Source of the DNA: an archaeon
GTDB taxonomy: Archaea > Iainarchaeota > Iainarchaeia > Iainarchaeales > 1-14-0-10-31-34
Direction of reading: 5' to 3'
Assembly (NCBI GenBank): GCA_043819075.1
Contig: JBDRFE010000074.1
Coordinates: 1 to 27,957 of the forward strand
Length of the DNA stretch: 27,957 nucleotides
In this document: in pieces, positions 17,219-26,473 of the stretch
Layout of the letters: each line of letters begins with the position of its first letter
Numbering within the stretch: the stretch's first letter is position 1
Position numbers and translations under genes: made by a program
The notes under the pieces: model-generated
Database searches by the model: none
Seen by the model: only the letters and a program-made list of their open reading frames with translations
Told to the model about the DNA's origin: nothing

Positions 17219-17472
17219 AATTCACTGAATTCTTTTTCAGATTTTTTCCATTGTACTTCAATTTTTTTTATTTCAGTGAAAGAAAAATTCCTTATTTCTT
17301 CCAAAAACTTTTCAAGTTCTTTTTTTTCTCCTTCTGCTTCAACTAATACTTCGCCTGATTCAAGGTTTTCAACAAAACCTTTTACTTTAAATTTTTTTGA
17401 AGCCTGCAAAATCGAGTACCTGAATCCCACGCCCTGCACTCTTCCAAAAACCCTTAATTCAATTTTCTGCAT
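17203..17472 (-). CDS. acyP: Acylphosphatase
   Basis: GRVQGVGFR and GFVENL..G.V...AEG motifs. Confidence 0.95.
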   Translation of the reverse strand: MQKIELRVFGRVQGVGFRYSILQASKKFKVKGFVENLESGEVLVEAEGEKKELEKFLEEIRNFSFTEIKKIEVQWKKSEKEFSEFRIKH

Positions 17473-17672
17473 AAAAAAAATAATTGCGAAAATGGTTTTA
17501 ATTAAATTGTTTTTTTCACTGGCAGTCTGGCCTGATTTTGTTTAAAAACAATAAAACTTTTCTTATTTCATGGATATTGCCGAAAAAATACTGGAAAAAC
17601 TTTAACATAAAAGAATCAAGAAAACTTGAAAGAGGAATACAAAAAAACAATTTATGGGATTACACCTGATTT

Positions 17673-18260
17673 TTAAAATTTTTTTCTGAGACCCTTTACC
17701 CCCTCATCGACTACTTCTTGTGCCGCACCGTATTTTTCAGAAACTTCTCTGAACTTTTGCCTTAATGCGGAAGTACTTTTAATAAATTCAAATATTCGTT
17801 CAGCATTTTTTTCAGATTGTGTTTTTCTGAATCTTTTCACAAGAGTTCCCAATTGGGGCAATTTTTTTCTGAAATCAATAATTGCTTTGAAGTCAGGATC
17901 CCTTTCAAACTGCGCCGGCAACTTGTTTAACCCTCTATAGTGCATGTTTATTTTTTCAAGCATTTCTTCGATTTCATTCATTATTTGCTCAATTCGGTTT
18001 GCTGTTCCAGGCATTTTTTTGAGTTTTATAATAAGGCTTGTTGTACTATGAATTCCAGCTAAAACATTTCCAAATCCAAAAATATAAACAGATTTTAAAA
18101 ACCTTTTTTTTGCAAGAAAGCCTGGCTTTCTTCTTGGAAACATCTGGCCTTTCAGAGATTTATACTGTGCTCTTGCTTTCTTTCCGGTTCCGCCCGGAAG
18201 GGAACCTGGTTTCTTTCTTTTTTTGTTTAAAGGTCTTCTGACACTGAAAGGCATTTTCAT
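17673..18260 (-). CDS. Hypothetical basic helical protein with Pro/Lys/Arg-rich leader
   Basis: 195-aa ORF on the same strand as the pur/nth run; no family recognised. Confidence 0.65.
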   Translation of the reverse strand: MKMPFSVRRPLNKKRKKPGSLPGGTGKKARAQYKSLKGQMFPRRKPGFLAKKRFLKSVYIFGFGNVLAGIHSTTSLIIKLKKMPGTANRIEQIMNEIEEMLEKINMHYRGLNKLPAQFERDPDFKAIIDFRKKLPQLGTLVKRFRKTQSEKNAERIFEFIKSTSALRQKFREVSEKYGAAQEVVDEGVKGLRKKF

Positions 18261-18266
18261 AATAAT

Positions 18267-18923
18267 CTAAAGGCGTTTTTTCAATAAAAGCTTTTTGCTG
18301 CTGAAATCACATTCCCTGTTTAACAGGCAGGTTTCACATTTCGGGTTTCTTGGAAAGCATTTTTTTTGCCCGAATTTAACCATTAAATCATTTAATTCAA
18401 TCCACTTGCTTTCAGGAAAAACTTTCATTAACTTTTGTTCTGTTTCTTCTGGAGTCTTGGTTTTCACTAACCCAATCCTGTTAGAAATTCTGTGAACATG
18501 AACATCAACTGGAATAGCAGGAATCTTAAAAGAATAAACTAAAACACAGTTAGCTGTTTTTCTGCCAACCCCTTTCAGTGAAACCAGTTCTTCCAGCGAA
18601 AAAGGAACTCTTCCGTTAAACCTTGAAATTAATTCTTCAGAAATTTTTTTGATTGTTTTTGCTTTAACACGATAAAACCCTGAAGGCTTTATCAGATGTT
18701 CAATTTCTTTTGTTTTTGCCTGAGCAAGCTTTTTTGCAGAGCCAAATTTCTTGAATAATGCTTTAGAGGCTTTTTCAGTGTTTTCGTCTCTTGTTCTCTG
18801 GCTTAACACAGTTGAAATCAATACCTTGAAAGGGCTTTCAAAGCCAACAACAGGCTGGTGAAAGCCGACTTCTTTTTTTAACAGCTTCAAAATCAAAGAA
18901 ACATTTTTTTTCATTTTAATCAA
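18267..18923 (-). CDS. nth: Endonuclease III
   Basis: LISTVLSQRT.D, HhH L.GVGRKTAN, VDVHV.RI, 4Fe-4S motif C.PRNPKC..C.L...C. Confidence 0.96.
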   Translation of the reverse strand: MIKMKKNVSLILKLLKKEVGFHQPVVGFESPFKVLISTVLSQRTRDENTEKASKALFKKFGSAKKLAQAKTKEIEHLIKPSGFYRVKAKTIKKISEELISRFNGRVPFSLEELVSLKGVGRKTANCVLVYSFKIPAIPVDVHVHRISNRIGLVKTKTPEETEQKLMKVFPESKWIELNDLMVKFGQKKCFPRNPKCETCLLNRECDFSSKKLLLKKRL

Positions 18924-19672
18924 AGCAGGTTTTCCCTGATAAAAGTTACTCCGTTCCTGAATAACTGCAACCCATCCCCTTCAAATTCAAGTTCGATTCT
19001 CGTGCTTCTTGGATCTGAAACCGAGAAAGCGTTTTTTTCCGGATGAGGCATTAACCCAAAAATTCTTCCGGTTTCATTGCATAATCCTGCAATAGAATCT
19101 ATTGAACCATTAGGGTTTTTTTCGTACTTAAACACAACCAAATCTTTTTCATACAATTCTTTTAGTGTTTCTTGTTTCATTGCAAGCTTTCCTTCCCCAT
19201 GGTTTATGGGACAGTAAACTGATGTAATGTTTTTAGTCCAGACACAATGCTTTCCGCCGACATTCTTTAATGTAATCCATTCATCCTGAAAGTGCCCTGA
19301 ATCATTTGAAATCAATGTAACTGACTGCTCAAAAGAATTATTGAGTGCAGGCAAAAAACCTGATTTAACTAATGCCTGAAAGCCGTTGCATATTCCTAAA
19401 ACCAGTTTTTTTTCTTCAATGAATTCAGTTATTTCTTCTTTTAAGCTGAAAGCCAGTTTGTTTGCAAGGATTTTTGCAGAAGAAATATAGTCTCCGTCAG
19501 CAAAACCGCCTGGAAGCACTAAAGCATGAAAGTCTTTCAGTGAAACTTCTTTTCTCAGCAAAGAATTAATGTGAACTGCTTTTGCTTCTGCTCCCAAGTA
19601 ATTAAATGCATTAACTGTTTCACAATCACAGTTTGTTCCCGCAGTCCTTAACACAATTATTTTTGGCTTCAT
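18920..19672 (-). CDS. purQ: FGAM synthase glutaminase subunit
   Basis: GTNCD.ET, PGGF..GD, LGICNGFQ, HGEGK, NPNGS, MPHPE. Confidence 0.96.
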   Translation of the reverse strand: MKPKIIVLRTAGTNCDCETVNAFNYLGAEAKAVHINSLLRKEVSLKDFHALVLPGGFADGDYISSAKILANKLAFSLKEEITEFIEEKKLVLGICNGFQALVKSGFLPALNNSFEQSVTLISNDSGHFQDEWITLKNVGGKHCVWTKNITSVYCPINHGEGKLAMKQETLKELYEKDLVVFKYEKNPNGSIDSIAGLCNETGRIFGLMPHPEKNAFSVSDPRSTRIELEFEGDGLQLFRNGVTFIRENLL

Positions 19673-19673
19673 T

Positions 19674-22091
19674 TTACCACTTTAATGTTTTTTTCCAAGA
19701 CTCCTTTAATTCAGTTAAATCTGCTTCAATTATTTTTTTTCCATTTAATCCGGTTACACTTAATTCACTGTTTTCTGAAACAAACCCTATTTCAGAGAAA
19801 ACTGTTCCCTGCATTTTTGATTCAAACTCGTCTTTGAACTTAAATGGCACTTCAGCTATAATCCTTGAATTTGTTTCGGAAAACAATAAAACTGTGTCAG
19901 TTTTTTCTTTTTCGTTTCCTTCAAAAAAAACTTTTCTTAAATCAATTTCTGCTCCAAGCATTCCCCCAAAAGCCATTTCAGCTATTGCAACACCTAATCC
20001 GCCTTCACTGCAGTCATGCATTGAACGAATAATGCGTTCAGAATTTTTTTCTCCAATCAAAGAAATCTCTGACAGTTTTTCATATGCTTTTCTTGCTTCT
20101 CCAGCATCAACTTCTGGAACATTTTTTCCTGTTTTGTTCTGAAGTTTCAGGTAATGGCTTGCCCCTAACTCGTTTTTTGTTGCTCCAACCAAATAAATTA
20201 AGTTTTCTTTTTCTTTTAAGTCCATTGAAATCCTTTTGTTTGCATCAGGCATTACTCCTAAAGCAGAAATAAGTAAAGTATTTGGAACAGAAATTGTTTT
20301 TTCCTTTAATTTAAATTCATTGTAAAAAGAATCTTTTCCTGAAATAAACGGTGTTCCAAAAGCAACTGCAGTTTCCCTGCAGGCAATTGATGTTCTAACT
20401 AATTCAGCTAATTTTTCTTCTGTCGGCGAACCCCAGCAAAAATTATCCAGCAATGCAATGAAATTCATTTGCGCGCCGACACAAATTAAATTCCTGATAG
20501 CTTCATCTATTGCTGTTGCGGCCATCCAATAAGAATCAATGTCTCCATACAATGGATTAATTCCGTTTGAAACAGCAATTCCTTCTTTTGACTCAAACAA
20601 CGGCTTTATTACTGCTGCATCGCTTGGAGCATCATTTTCTTTTCCCATTAAAGGCTTGATTACAGAAGTTCCTTGGACTTCGTGGTCATACTGCCTTATT
20701 GTTGTTTCTTTTGAAGCAATATTCGGCATTGAAAGCAATTGCATTAAAGTTTCATTAAAGTTTTCTTTTTCTTCAAATTCTTCAGTTAAATTCTTTTCCT
20801 TCCATACAGCAGTTCTTTCTTTTTGCGGCACATTATTATGCAGGAAACTCATTTCTATGTCAATTATTTTTTCTTCATTAAAATAAACCTCTAATTTTTT
20901 TGTGCCAGTGAATTCGCCTAAAACAGTTGCTTCAACTTCCTCTTTTTCGCATAACTCCAGCAATTCTTGTGTGTTTTCTTCTGGCACAGCTAAAATCATT
21001 CTTTCCTGTGCCTCGCTTACCCAGATTTCCCATGGCTTTAATCCATGGTATTTTAATGGAGCTTTCTCTAAGTGAACTATTGCCCCTGTTTCTTCTGCCA
21101 TTTCCCCGATTGCAGAGCTGAATCCTCCTGCACCGCAGTCAGTAATGCTTGAATACAATTTTTTGTCTCTTGCCTGAAGCAATACATCTAATACTTTTTT
21201 TTCTTCTATTGGGTTGCCGATTTGGACAGCAGTTGAAGCAGTCTCTTCATTTAATTCAGTGGAAGAAAATGTTGCGCCATGGATTCCATCTCTTCCGGTT
21301 TTTCCCCCTAAAACAATTATTTTGTTTCCTTTCACTGCCTTTTTTTCATGCAATCCTTTTGGAATTAACCCGATTGTCCCGCAATACACTAAAGGATTTC
21401 CTAAGTATCTTTCATCAAACAATATTGCGCCGTTTAAAGTCGGAATTCCCATTCTGTTCCCATAATCTCTTACTCCGGCTCTTACTCCTTTAAAAATTCT
21501 TTTCGGATGCAATAAGTTTTCAGGCATTTCCTGTTTTTTTGTGTCCGGCAAGCCAAAACAAAACACATCAGTGTTTGCAATCGGCTTTGCTCCTAATCCT
21601 GCTCCCAAAATATCTCTTATTACTCCTCCGATGCCGGTGTTTGCTCCTCCATATGGGTCTAATGCACTTGGATGATTGTGTGTTTCAACCTTGAATGCTA
21701 CATCAAATTCTTTGTTAAAAGAAATTATTCCTGCGTTATCAGAGAAAACTGAAACAAGCCAGTTTTTTTCTTTCATTAATTTGTTTGTTGCGCTCTTAAT
21801 TGTTTCTTTGAACAAATTATTTATTTTTTTTTCTTTTATTGTTCCATCCAATAAAACTTCTTTGTAATTGATTGCTGAATTAAATATTTTGTGCTTGCAG
21901 TGCTCGCTCCAGGTCTGGGCAATGGTTTCTAATTCTGCCTGTGAAGGGTTTCTCTTTTTTTTCTTAAAATATTCCTGTATTGCCTTTAATTCTGTTTCAT
22001 TTAAAGACAAAAGCATTTCATTGCTTAAATCATTTAATTCTTTTTCGCTTAAGGAATTGAATTCAATTTCTTTTTCAGTTTCTTTTTCCAT
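19674..22091 (-). CDS. purL: FGAM synthase subunit PurL
   Basis: AQTWSEHCKHK, KVETHNHPS, DGIHGATFSS, DCGAGG, QYDHEV, SGKDSFYN, HDCSEGG. Confidence 0.97.
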   Translation of the reverse strand: MEKETEKEIEFNSLSEKELNDLSNEMLLSLNETELKAIQEYFKKKKRNPSQAELETIAQTWSEHCKHKIFNSAINYKEVLLDGTIKEKKINNLFKETIKSATNKLMKEKNWLVSVFSDNAGIISFNKEFDVAFKVETHNHPSALDPYGGANTGIGGVIRDILGAGLGAKPIANTDVFCFGLPDTKKQEMPENLLHPKRIFKGVRAGVRDYGNRMGIPTLNGAILFDERYLGNPLVYCGTIGLIPKGLHEKKAVKGNKIIVLGGKTGRDGIHGATFSSTELNEETASTAVQIGNPIEEKKVLDVLLQARDKKLYSSITDCGAGGFSSAIGEMAEETGAIVHLEKAPLKYHGLKPWEIWVSEAQERMILAVPEENTQELLELCEKEEVEATVLGEFTGTKKLEVYFNEEKIIDIEMSFLHNNVPQKERTAVWKEKNLTEEFEEKENFNETLMQLLSMPNIASKETTIRQYDHEVQGTSVIKPLMGKENDAPSDAAVIKPLFESKEGIAVSNGINPLYGDIDSYWMAATAIDEAIRNLICVGAQMNFIALLDNFCWGSPTEEKLAELVRTSIACRETAVAFGTPFISGKDSFYNEFKLKEKTISVPNTLLISALGVMPDANKRISMDLKEKENLIYLVGATKNELGASHYLKLQNKTGKNVPEVDAGEARKAYEKLSEISLIGEKNSERIIRSMHDCSEGGLGVAIAEMAFGGMLGAEIDLRKVFFEGNEKEKTDTVLLFSETNSRIIAEVPFKFKDEFESKMQGTVFSEIGFVSENSELSVTGLNGKKIIEADLTELKESWKKTLKW

Positions 22092-22168
22092 GCCATCAAC
22101 TTTATTCAGCGCTTTTCCCTTTTTTTTATTCTTTTAATTTCATTTTATTCAATTCACTTTTTCTTTTT

Positions 22169-22642
22169 TCAATCTTTCCCGCTTTTTTTGTATTCAGTTG
22201 ATTCAATTAATGTGTTTGCAAGCATTTCAGTGCAGATTCTTTTAATTTGTTTTTCTTCCAGTTCTCCTGAAATAAAATATTTTTTTGACGCCCTGATAGT
22301 TTCGTTTTCCCTGAATTTTCTTTTAATTAAGTCCTGCACTCCAATTACTGCAGCATTCCCTATGTTGTCTGTTACCCCTGAATGCAGTTTTACTTCAATC
22401 AGCCAGTCAAAGCTTATTTCCGGCTCTGAGTCAACTGAATACTTTTGTACAATCGGGTCAGCAAACAGTTTTCCAGCAACTTTATGCAGTTCTTCTTCAT
22501 TTAATTCTGCGTTAATGTAATAGCAGTTCACGATTTTCAATGAACCAGTTTTTATTTCCAGGTCTGATTCAATGCTTGTTTTCACTGAATTGGATTCGGC
22601 ATCGTTTTTTTCTTCTTCAAAGAAAACCTGTATTTTATGCAT
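22169..22642 (-). CDS. purS: Double-length PurS (two PurS-like domains)
   Basis: Two repeats ending LFADPIVQKY and MLANTLIE; GVTDNIG motif; directly upstream of purL. Confidence 0.85.
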   Translation of the reverse strand: MHKIQVFFEEEKNDAESNSVKTSIESDLEIKTGSLKIVNCYYINAELNEEELHKVAGKLFADPIVQKYSVDSEPEISFDWLIEVKLHSGVTDNIGNAAVIGVQDLIKRKFRENETIRASKKYFISGELEEKQIKRICTEMLANTLIESTEYKKSGKD

Positions 22643-22709
22643 TCAGACCTAAAAAAATTAGCCTGAGAACTTTTTTTAAAGAGGAATTATTTTTTGTGTA
22701 AAGAGCCAA

Positions 22710-23756
22710 TTAAGTGTCAAAACGTTCAAATCTTTCTCCTGCCGCATTTCTTCTTTGATATTCAATTAATCTTTCAAGCAATTCTTTTGCTTTCTGCTTT
22801 GTAGTGCTCTTGTAAGTCTGAAACTCTTTTGTTATTTTAAATGCTGACTCAAAATGCTTTGTCATATCTTCTTCAGTTATTCTCCCGCGCTTTTCCCCTC
22901 TTAACTCTTTTATTCTTTTTGTTAAAGAAGCAAGTAGATTTGCTTCCTTAAAAGTAATTCCTAATTGTAGTTTAAATGATTTTATAATGGTTGAGCGTGC
23001 TAGCTTATCAACTCTGTAATAAATTGCGTTTCCAAGCTCTCTGGGTTTTTCCCCTTTTTTAAGTCTTTTTAGATACCTGCTGCGGGCAACAATCCATCTA
23101 GGCAAGTTTTTAGCTGCTTCTGCTCTTAAAGTCCTAGCAGTTTCTGCATCCATTATCACGCCATGGATTACTGCGCCCAAAACTCTTGGAAGATGTATTC
23201 CCGCCTCATTTAAAATCCGTTCTTGTTCTGGATTTAATTTAGGAACAAGTTTTCTATTAGAATATTTTTTCAGTGCTTCTTCATGTTCTTTTATGCTTTT
23301 ATGTATCCTTGCAATTTGCTCTTTTGGCTTGCTTTCTTTTTGCATTTTAATAAGCATTGCTTGAAGTAATTTAATTTCTTCCCGCATTTCATTTTTTACT
23401 TCATAAACAAGTTTTATATAAGTTCCTGTTTGTTTTGCAATTTCTTCCCTTTTTTTTCTCCCCCTGCTTTCATAAAATGCTTTTCTTACTCTAGCTTTAG
23501 GAGTCAGGTTTCCGTTAAAATCAAATGCTTTAGTGTGCCTTCCAGCCTCAGACAATTCTGTAGAAATAATGCCTTTTTCCCTAAGGTAATATTTTCTTGA
23601 CTGAACTGTTCCAAGCGGAATTCTTTTTCCCTGCTCTTTAGCTTTCTGTATTATTACTCTATAAGGGGCTGTAGGAAACTGGGTTAATAATCTGGTTAAT
23701 AAATCTGATTGGATAGTTGGGAGGGTTCTTGCTTTGATTTGTTTTCTATGTTTCAT
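22710..23756 (-). CDS. Orphan basic protein with HTH-like segments and a possible degenerate sigma70 region 2/3-like portion
   Basis: REEIAKQTGTYIKLVYEVK is HTH-like; LTKRIKELRGEKRGRITEEDMTKHF is reminiscent of sigma region 3. Family assignment uncertain. Confidence 0.6.
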   Translation of the reverse strand: MKHRKQIKARTLPTIQSDLLTRLLTQFPTAPYRVIIQKAKEQGKRIPLGTVQSRKYYLREKGIISTELSEAGRHTKAFDFNGNLTPKARVRKAFYESRGRKKREEIAKQTGTYIKLVYEVKNEMREEIKLLQAMLIKMQKESKPKEQIARIHKSIKEHEEALKKYSNRKLVPKLNPEQERILNEAGIHLPRVLGAVIHGVIMDAETARTLRAEAAKNLPRWIVARSRYLKRLKKGEKPRELGNAIYYRVDKLARSTIIKSFKLQLGITFKEANLLASLTKRIKELRGEKRGRITEEDMTKHFESAFKITKEFQTYKSTTKQKAKELLERLIEYQRRNAAGERFERFDT

Positions 23757-23774
23757 TCAAATAAATTTATTCAT

Positions 23775-24431
23775 TCAGAGTTTAAATAGCTTAGCATAAA
23801 CGATTTCATTTATTTCTTCAACTGATTTCATTTTGTTTCCTGAAACGCATGAAATTTTAACCCAGTTTTTTTCTGTTCTGCAGAGTTCAAGAAACATTTC
23901 CCTTACTTTTTTCTGGTACAATAAATCTTTTTCATGAATGTCTTTTTTTTCTTTCATGTAATCTTTCTGCTTCCTTGACTCCATCAGCTTTTGTGAAACC
24001 TCTGACGGCACGTCAAGAAAAAAAACTAAATCCGGCGCAGGCATTCTTGATTCAATTTTTTTCAGCCAATCCAGAAAATCCTTTCTTTTGCTTTCCTCTA
24101 ATTTTGCTGTCTGAAAAGCATAATTTGAAGTATAATACCTGTCCATTAACACAATAAAACCTTTTTCAAGAAAAGACGTTATTTCGTTTCTGACTTCATA
24201 CCTGTCCAAAGAGTAAATCAGTGAAACAAATTCTTCTGAAATAAATTCTTTTTCCCCTAACTCGCCTTTCAGGTATTTTGCAATCATTTTCCCAAAAAAA
24301 GATTCATACCTGGGAAAAGAATATGCTTTCACTTTTTTTCCTTTGGCTTCAAGTTTTTCTTTTAAGAGTTTTGCCTGAGTGGCTTTTCCGCTTGAATCCA
24401 ATCCCTCTAATACAACAAGCCTGCCTTTCAT
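23775..24431 (-). CDS. tmk: Thymidylate kinase
   Basis: EGLDSSGKATQ, SFPRY, MDRY..SN.AFQ, PDLVFFLDV, DIHE. Confidence 0.95.
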   Translation of the reverse strand: MKGRLVVLEGLDSSGKATQAKLLKEKLEAKGKKVKAYSFPRYESFFGKMIAKYLKGELGEKEFISEEFVSLIYSLDRYEVRNEITSFLEKGFIVLMDRYYTSNYAFQTAKLEESKRKDFLDWLKKIESRMPAPDLVFFLDVPSEVSQKLMESRKQKDYMKEKKDIHEKDLLYQKKVREMFLELCRTEKNWVKISCVSGNKMKSVEEINEIVYAKLFKL

Positions 24432-24493
24432 GCTTTTTAATTGTATCCAAACTATTTTTTAACCTTTTTTAAAGTCAAATACTATTTGATGGA

Positions 24494-25780
24494 ATGAAAG
24501 ACTCTGACTGCATTAACTATCTTTTTTCCCTGCAAAGGCTGGGCACAATTTTAGGGCTTGAAAGAATAAGCTTTTTATTAAAAGAATTAGGAAACCCCCA
24601 GAATTCGTTTAAAAGCATTCACATTGCTGGCACTAACGGCAAAGGCTCTGTTTCAACCATGCTGAGCTGTATTTTACAGGAATACGGCTTCAAAACAGGA
24701 TTATATACTTCGCCTCACATGAAAAGATTTGGGGAAAGAATCAGGATTAATTCAATTGAAATCCCAGACAAAGAACTTGTTTTTGAAATAAAAAAAATAA
24801 AAAAAATAGTTGACAAAAAACAAAAAAAAGCCCCTTATTTTTTGCCCACTTTCTTTGAATTTGCTGTTGCAATAGCATACGACTATTTTGCACGAAAAAA
24901 AGTTGATTTTGCTGTAATTGAAACAGGCTTGGGCGGAAGGCTTGATGCAACAAATGTTTTGAGTCCTGAAGTCTCGGTAATAACAAATGTTTCAGTTGAA
25001 CACACAAACTATTTAGGCGACACAGTTGAAAAAATTGCAGTGGAAAAAGCTGAAATAATCAAGCCAAATTCAACTGCAGTTACAGCAGAAAAAAACCCTT
25101 CAGTCCTTAAAATACTGAAAGCCAAGGCAGAAAAAGAAAACACTGAATTATTTGAGGTAAGAAAGCTTGTAAAAATAAAAAATTATTCTTTTGGGCTGGA
25201 AAAACAAAAATTTGACCTGGAACTCGAGGGAACCAAAATTAACGGCATTGAATTGTCTCTTTCAGGCAAATTCCAGTTAATTAATACTGTAACAGCAATT
25301 CTTGCATTAAAAAAACTCAGAATCAAGTTTGATAAAACAAAAATAAAAAAGGCTTTAAAGAAAGCCTTTATTGCAGGAAGATTCCAGATTGTAAACAAAA
25401 AGCCGTTAATTGTTTTTGATGCAGGCCATAATCCTGCGTGCTTTGCTGAAATAAAAGAAACAATTCTTTTAATGAAAAAAAAGAAATTGTTCAGGAAACT
25501 CATTTTATTAATCGGCTTGTCTTCAGACAAAGACGCAGAAAAAATCAGTGAAATAATTTTTCCCCTCGCAGACAAAATAGTTATTTCAAGGGCAAAGTAC
25601 AGGGGAATGTCAATCGGAAAACTTGCAGGTTTTGCAGACAAATTTGACAAGCCATACATTGGCTTTCATGACTCGCAGGAAGGATTTGATTTTGCCTTGC
25701 AGGAAACAGACAAAAAGGATTTTTTGCTTGTAATCGGCTCAATCTTTTTTTTAGGGGAAATAAATGCCAATCTTGACTGA
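24494..25780 (+). CDS. folC: Folylpolyglutamate/dihydrofolate synthase
   Basis: IHIAGTNGKGS, GLYTSPH, TFFE, ETGLGGRLDATNV, GRFQ, DAGHNP, IGSIF. Confidence 0.96.
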   Translation: MKDSDCINYLFSLQRLGTILGLERISFLLKELGNPQNSFKSIHIAGTNGKGSVSTMLSCILQEYGFKTGLYTSPHMKRFGERIRINSIEIPDKELVFEIKKIKKIVDKKQKKAPYFLPTFFEFAVAIAYDYFARKKVDFAVIETGLGGRLDATNVLSPEVSVITNVSVEHTNYLGDTVEKIAVEKAEIIKPNSTAVTAEKNPSVLKILKAKAEKENTELFEVRKLVKIKNYSFGLEKQKFDLELEGTKINGIELSLSGKFQLINTVTAILALKKLRIKFDKTKIKKALKKAFIAGRFQIVNKKPLIVFDAGHNPACFAEIKETILLMKKKKLFRKLILLIGLSSDKDAEKISEIIFPLADKIVISRAKYRGMSIGKLAGFADKFDKPYIGFHDSQEGFDFALQETDKKDFLLVIGSIFFLGEINANLD

Positions 25781-25784
25781 ATTT

Positions 25785-26420
25785 TTACTCAAAAATTTTT
25801 CTTCCAATCCTAACCATATTGCTTCCGTTTCTTACAGCAATAAGGTAGTCGTCTGTCATTCCCATTGAAAGGAATTCCATTAAAGGAAAACTTTTTTTTA
25901 GTTCAAAAAAAACGTTTCTTGTTTCAATAAAATACGGCTCGCTTTTTTCCGGTTCACCAAAAAACGGTGCCATAAACATCAAGCCCTTTAGTTTCAGCGA
26001 AGAAAATTCATTTATTTTTTCAGCTAATTCATTTATTTTTTCTTTTTCAATTCCTGTTTTCTGTTTTTCCCCTGAATTCAGTTCAATGAACACAGGCATT
26101 GTTTTTGCAAGTGAAATACAGCTTGAATCAATTTTTCCTGCTAGCTTAACTGAGTCAACTGACTGAATGCAGTCAAATAATTCAACTGCTTTTTTTGCTT
26201 TGTTTGACTGCAAATGCCCTATAAAATGCTTTTCCACAGGAAAGTCAAGTTCAGTGAACTTTTTTTCTGCTTCCTGCACTGTGTTTTCGCCTATAATCTT
26301 TATTCCTGCTTCAACCGCTTGTTTTATTTTTTCTGCAGGCTGTTTTTTTGTCGCAGCAACAACTTTAACACTTTCAGGAATTCCTGAAAGGATTCTTTTA
26401 GTGTTTTCTTTTATGCTCAT
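25785..26420 (-). CDS. yggS: PLP homeostasis protein YggS
   Basis: VAATK, GEN.VQE, HFIGHLQSNK, GLM, LSMGMTDD, GSNMVRIG. Confidence 0.96.
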   Translation of the reverse strand: MSIKENTKRILSGIPESVKVVAATKKQPAEKIKQAVEAGIKIIGENTVQEAEKKFTELDFPVEKHFIGHLQSNKAKKAVELFDCIQSVDSVKLAGKIDSSCISLAKTMPVFIELNSGEKQKTGIEKEKINELAEKINEFSSLKLKGLMFMAPFFGEPEKSEPYFIETRNVFFELKKSFPLMEFLSMGMTDDYLIAVRNGSNMVRIGRKIFE

Positions 26421-26473
26421 CCAGTAATTTAGTAATGCAATCCAATAAAATAATTTTGCTTTCCAATTAATTA

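Noticed and set aside
22092..22168. Programmed frameshift or readthrough fusing purS to purL
   Set aside because: The purL frame has a TAA at 22134-22136 upstream of its ATG and purS has its own stop, so a single recoding event at the purS end cannot join them.
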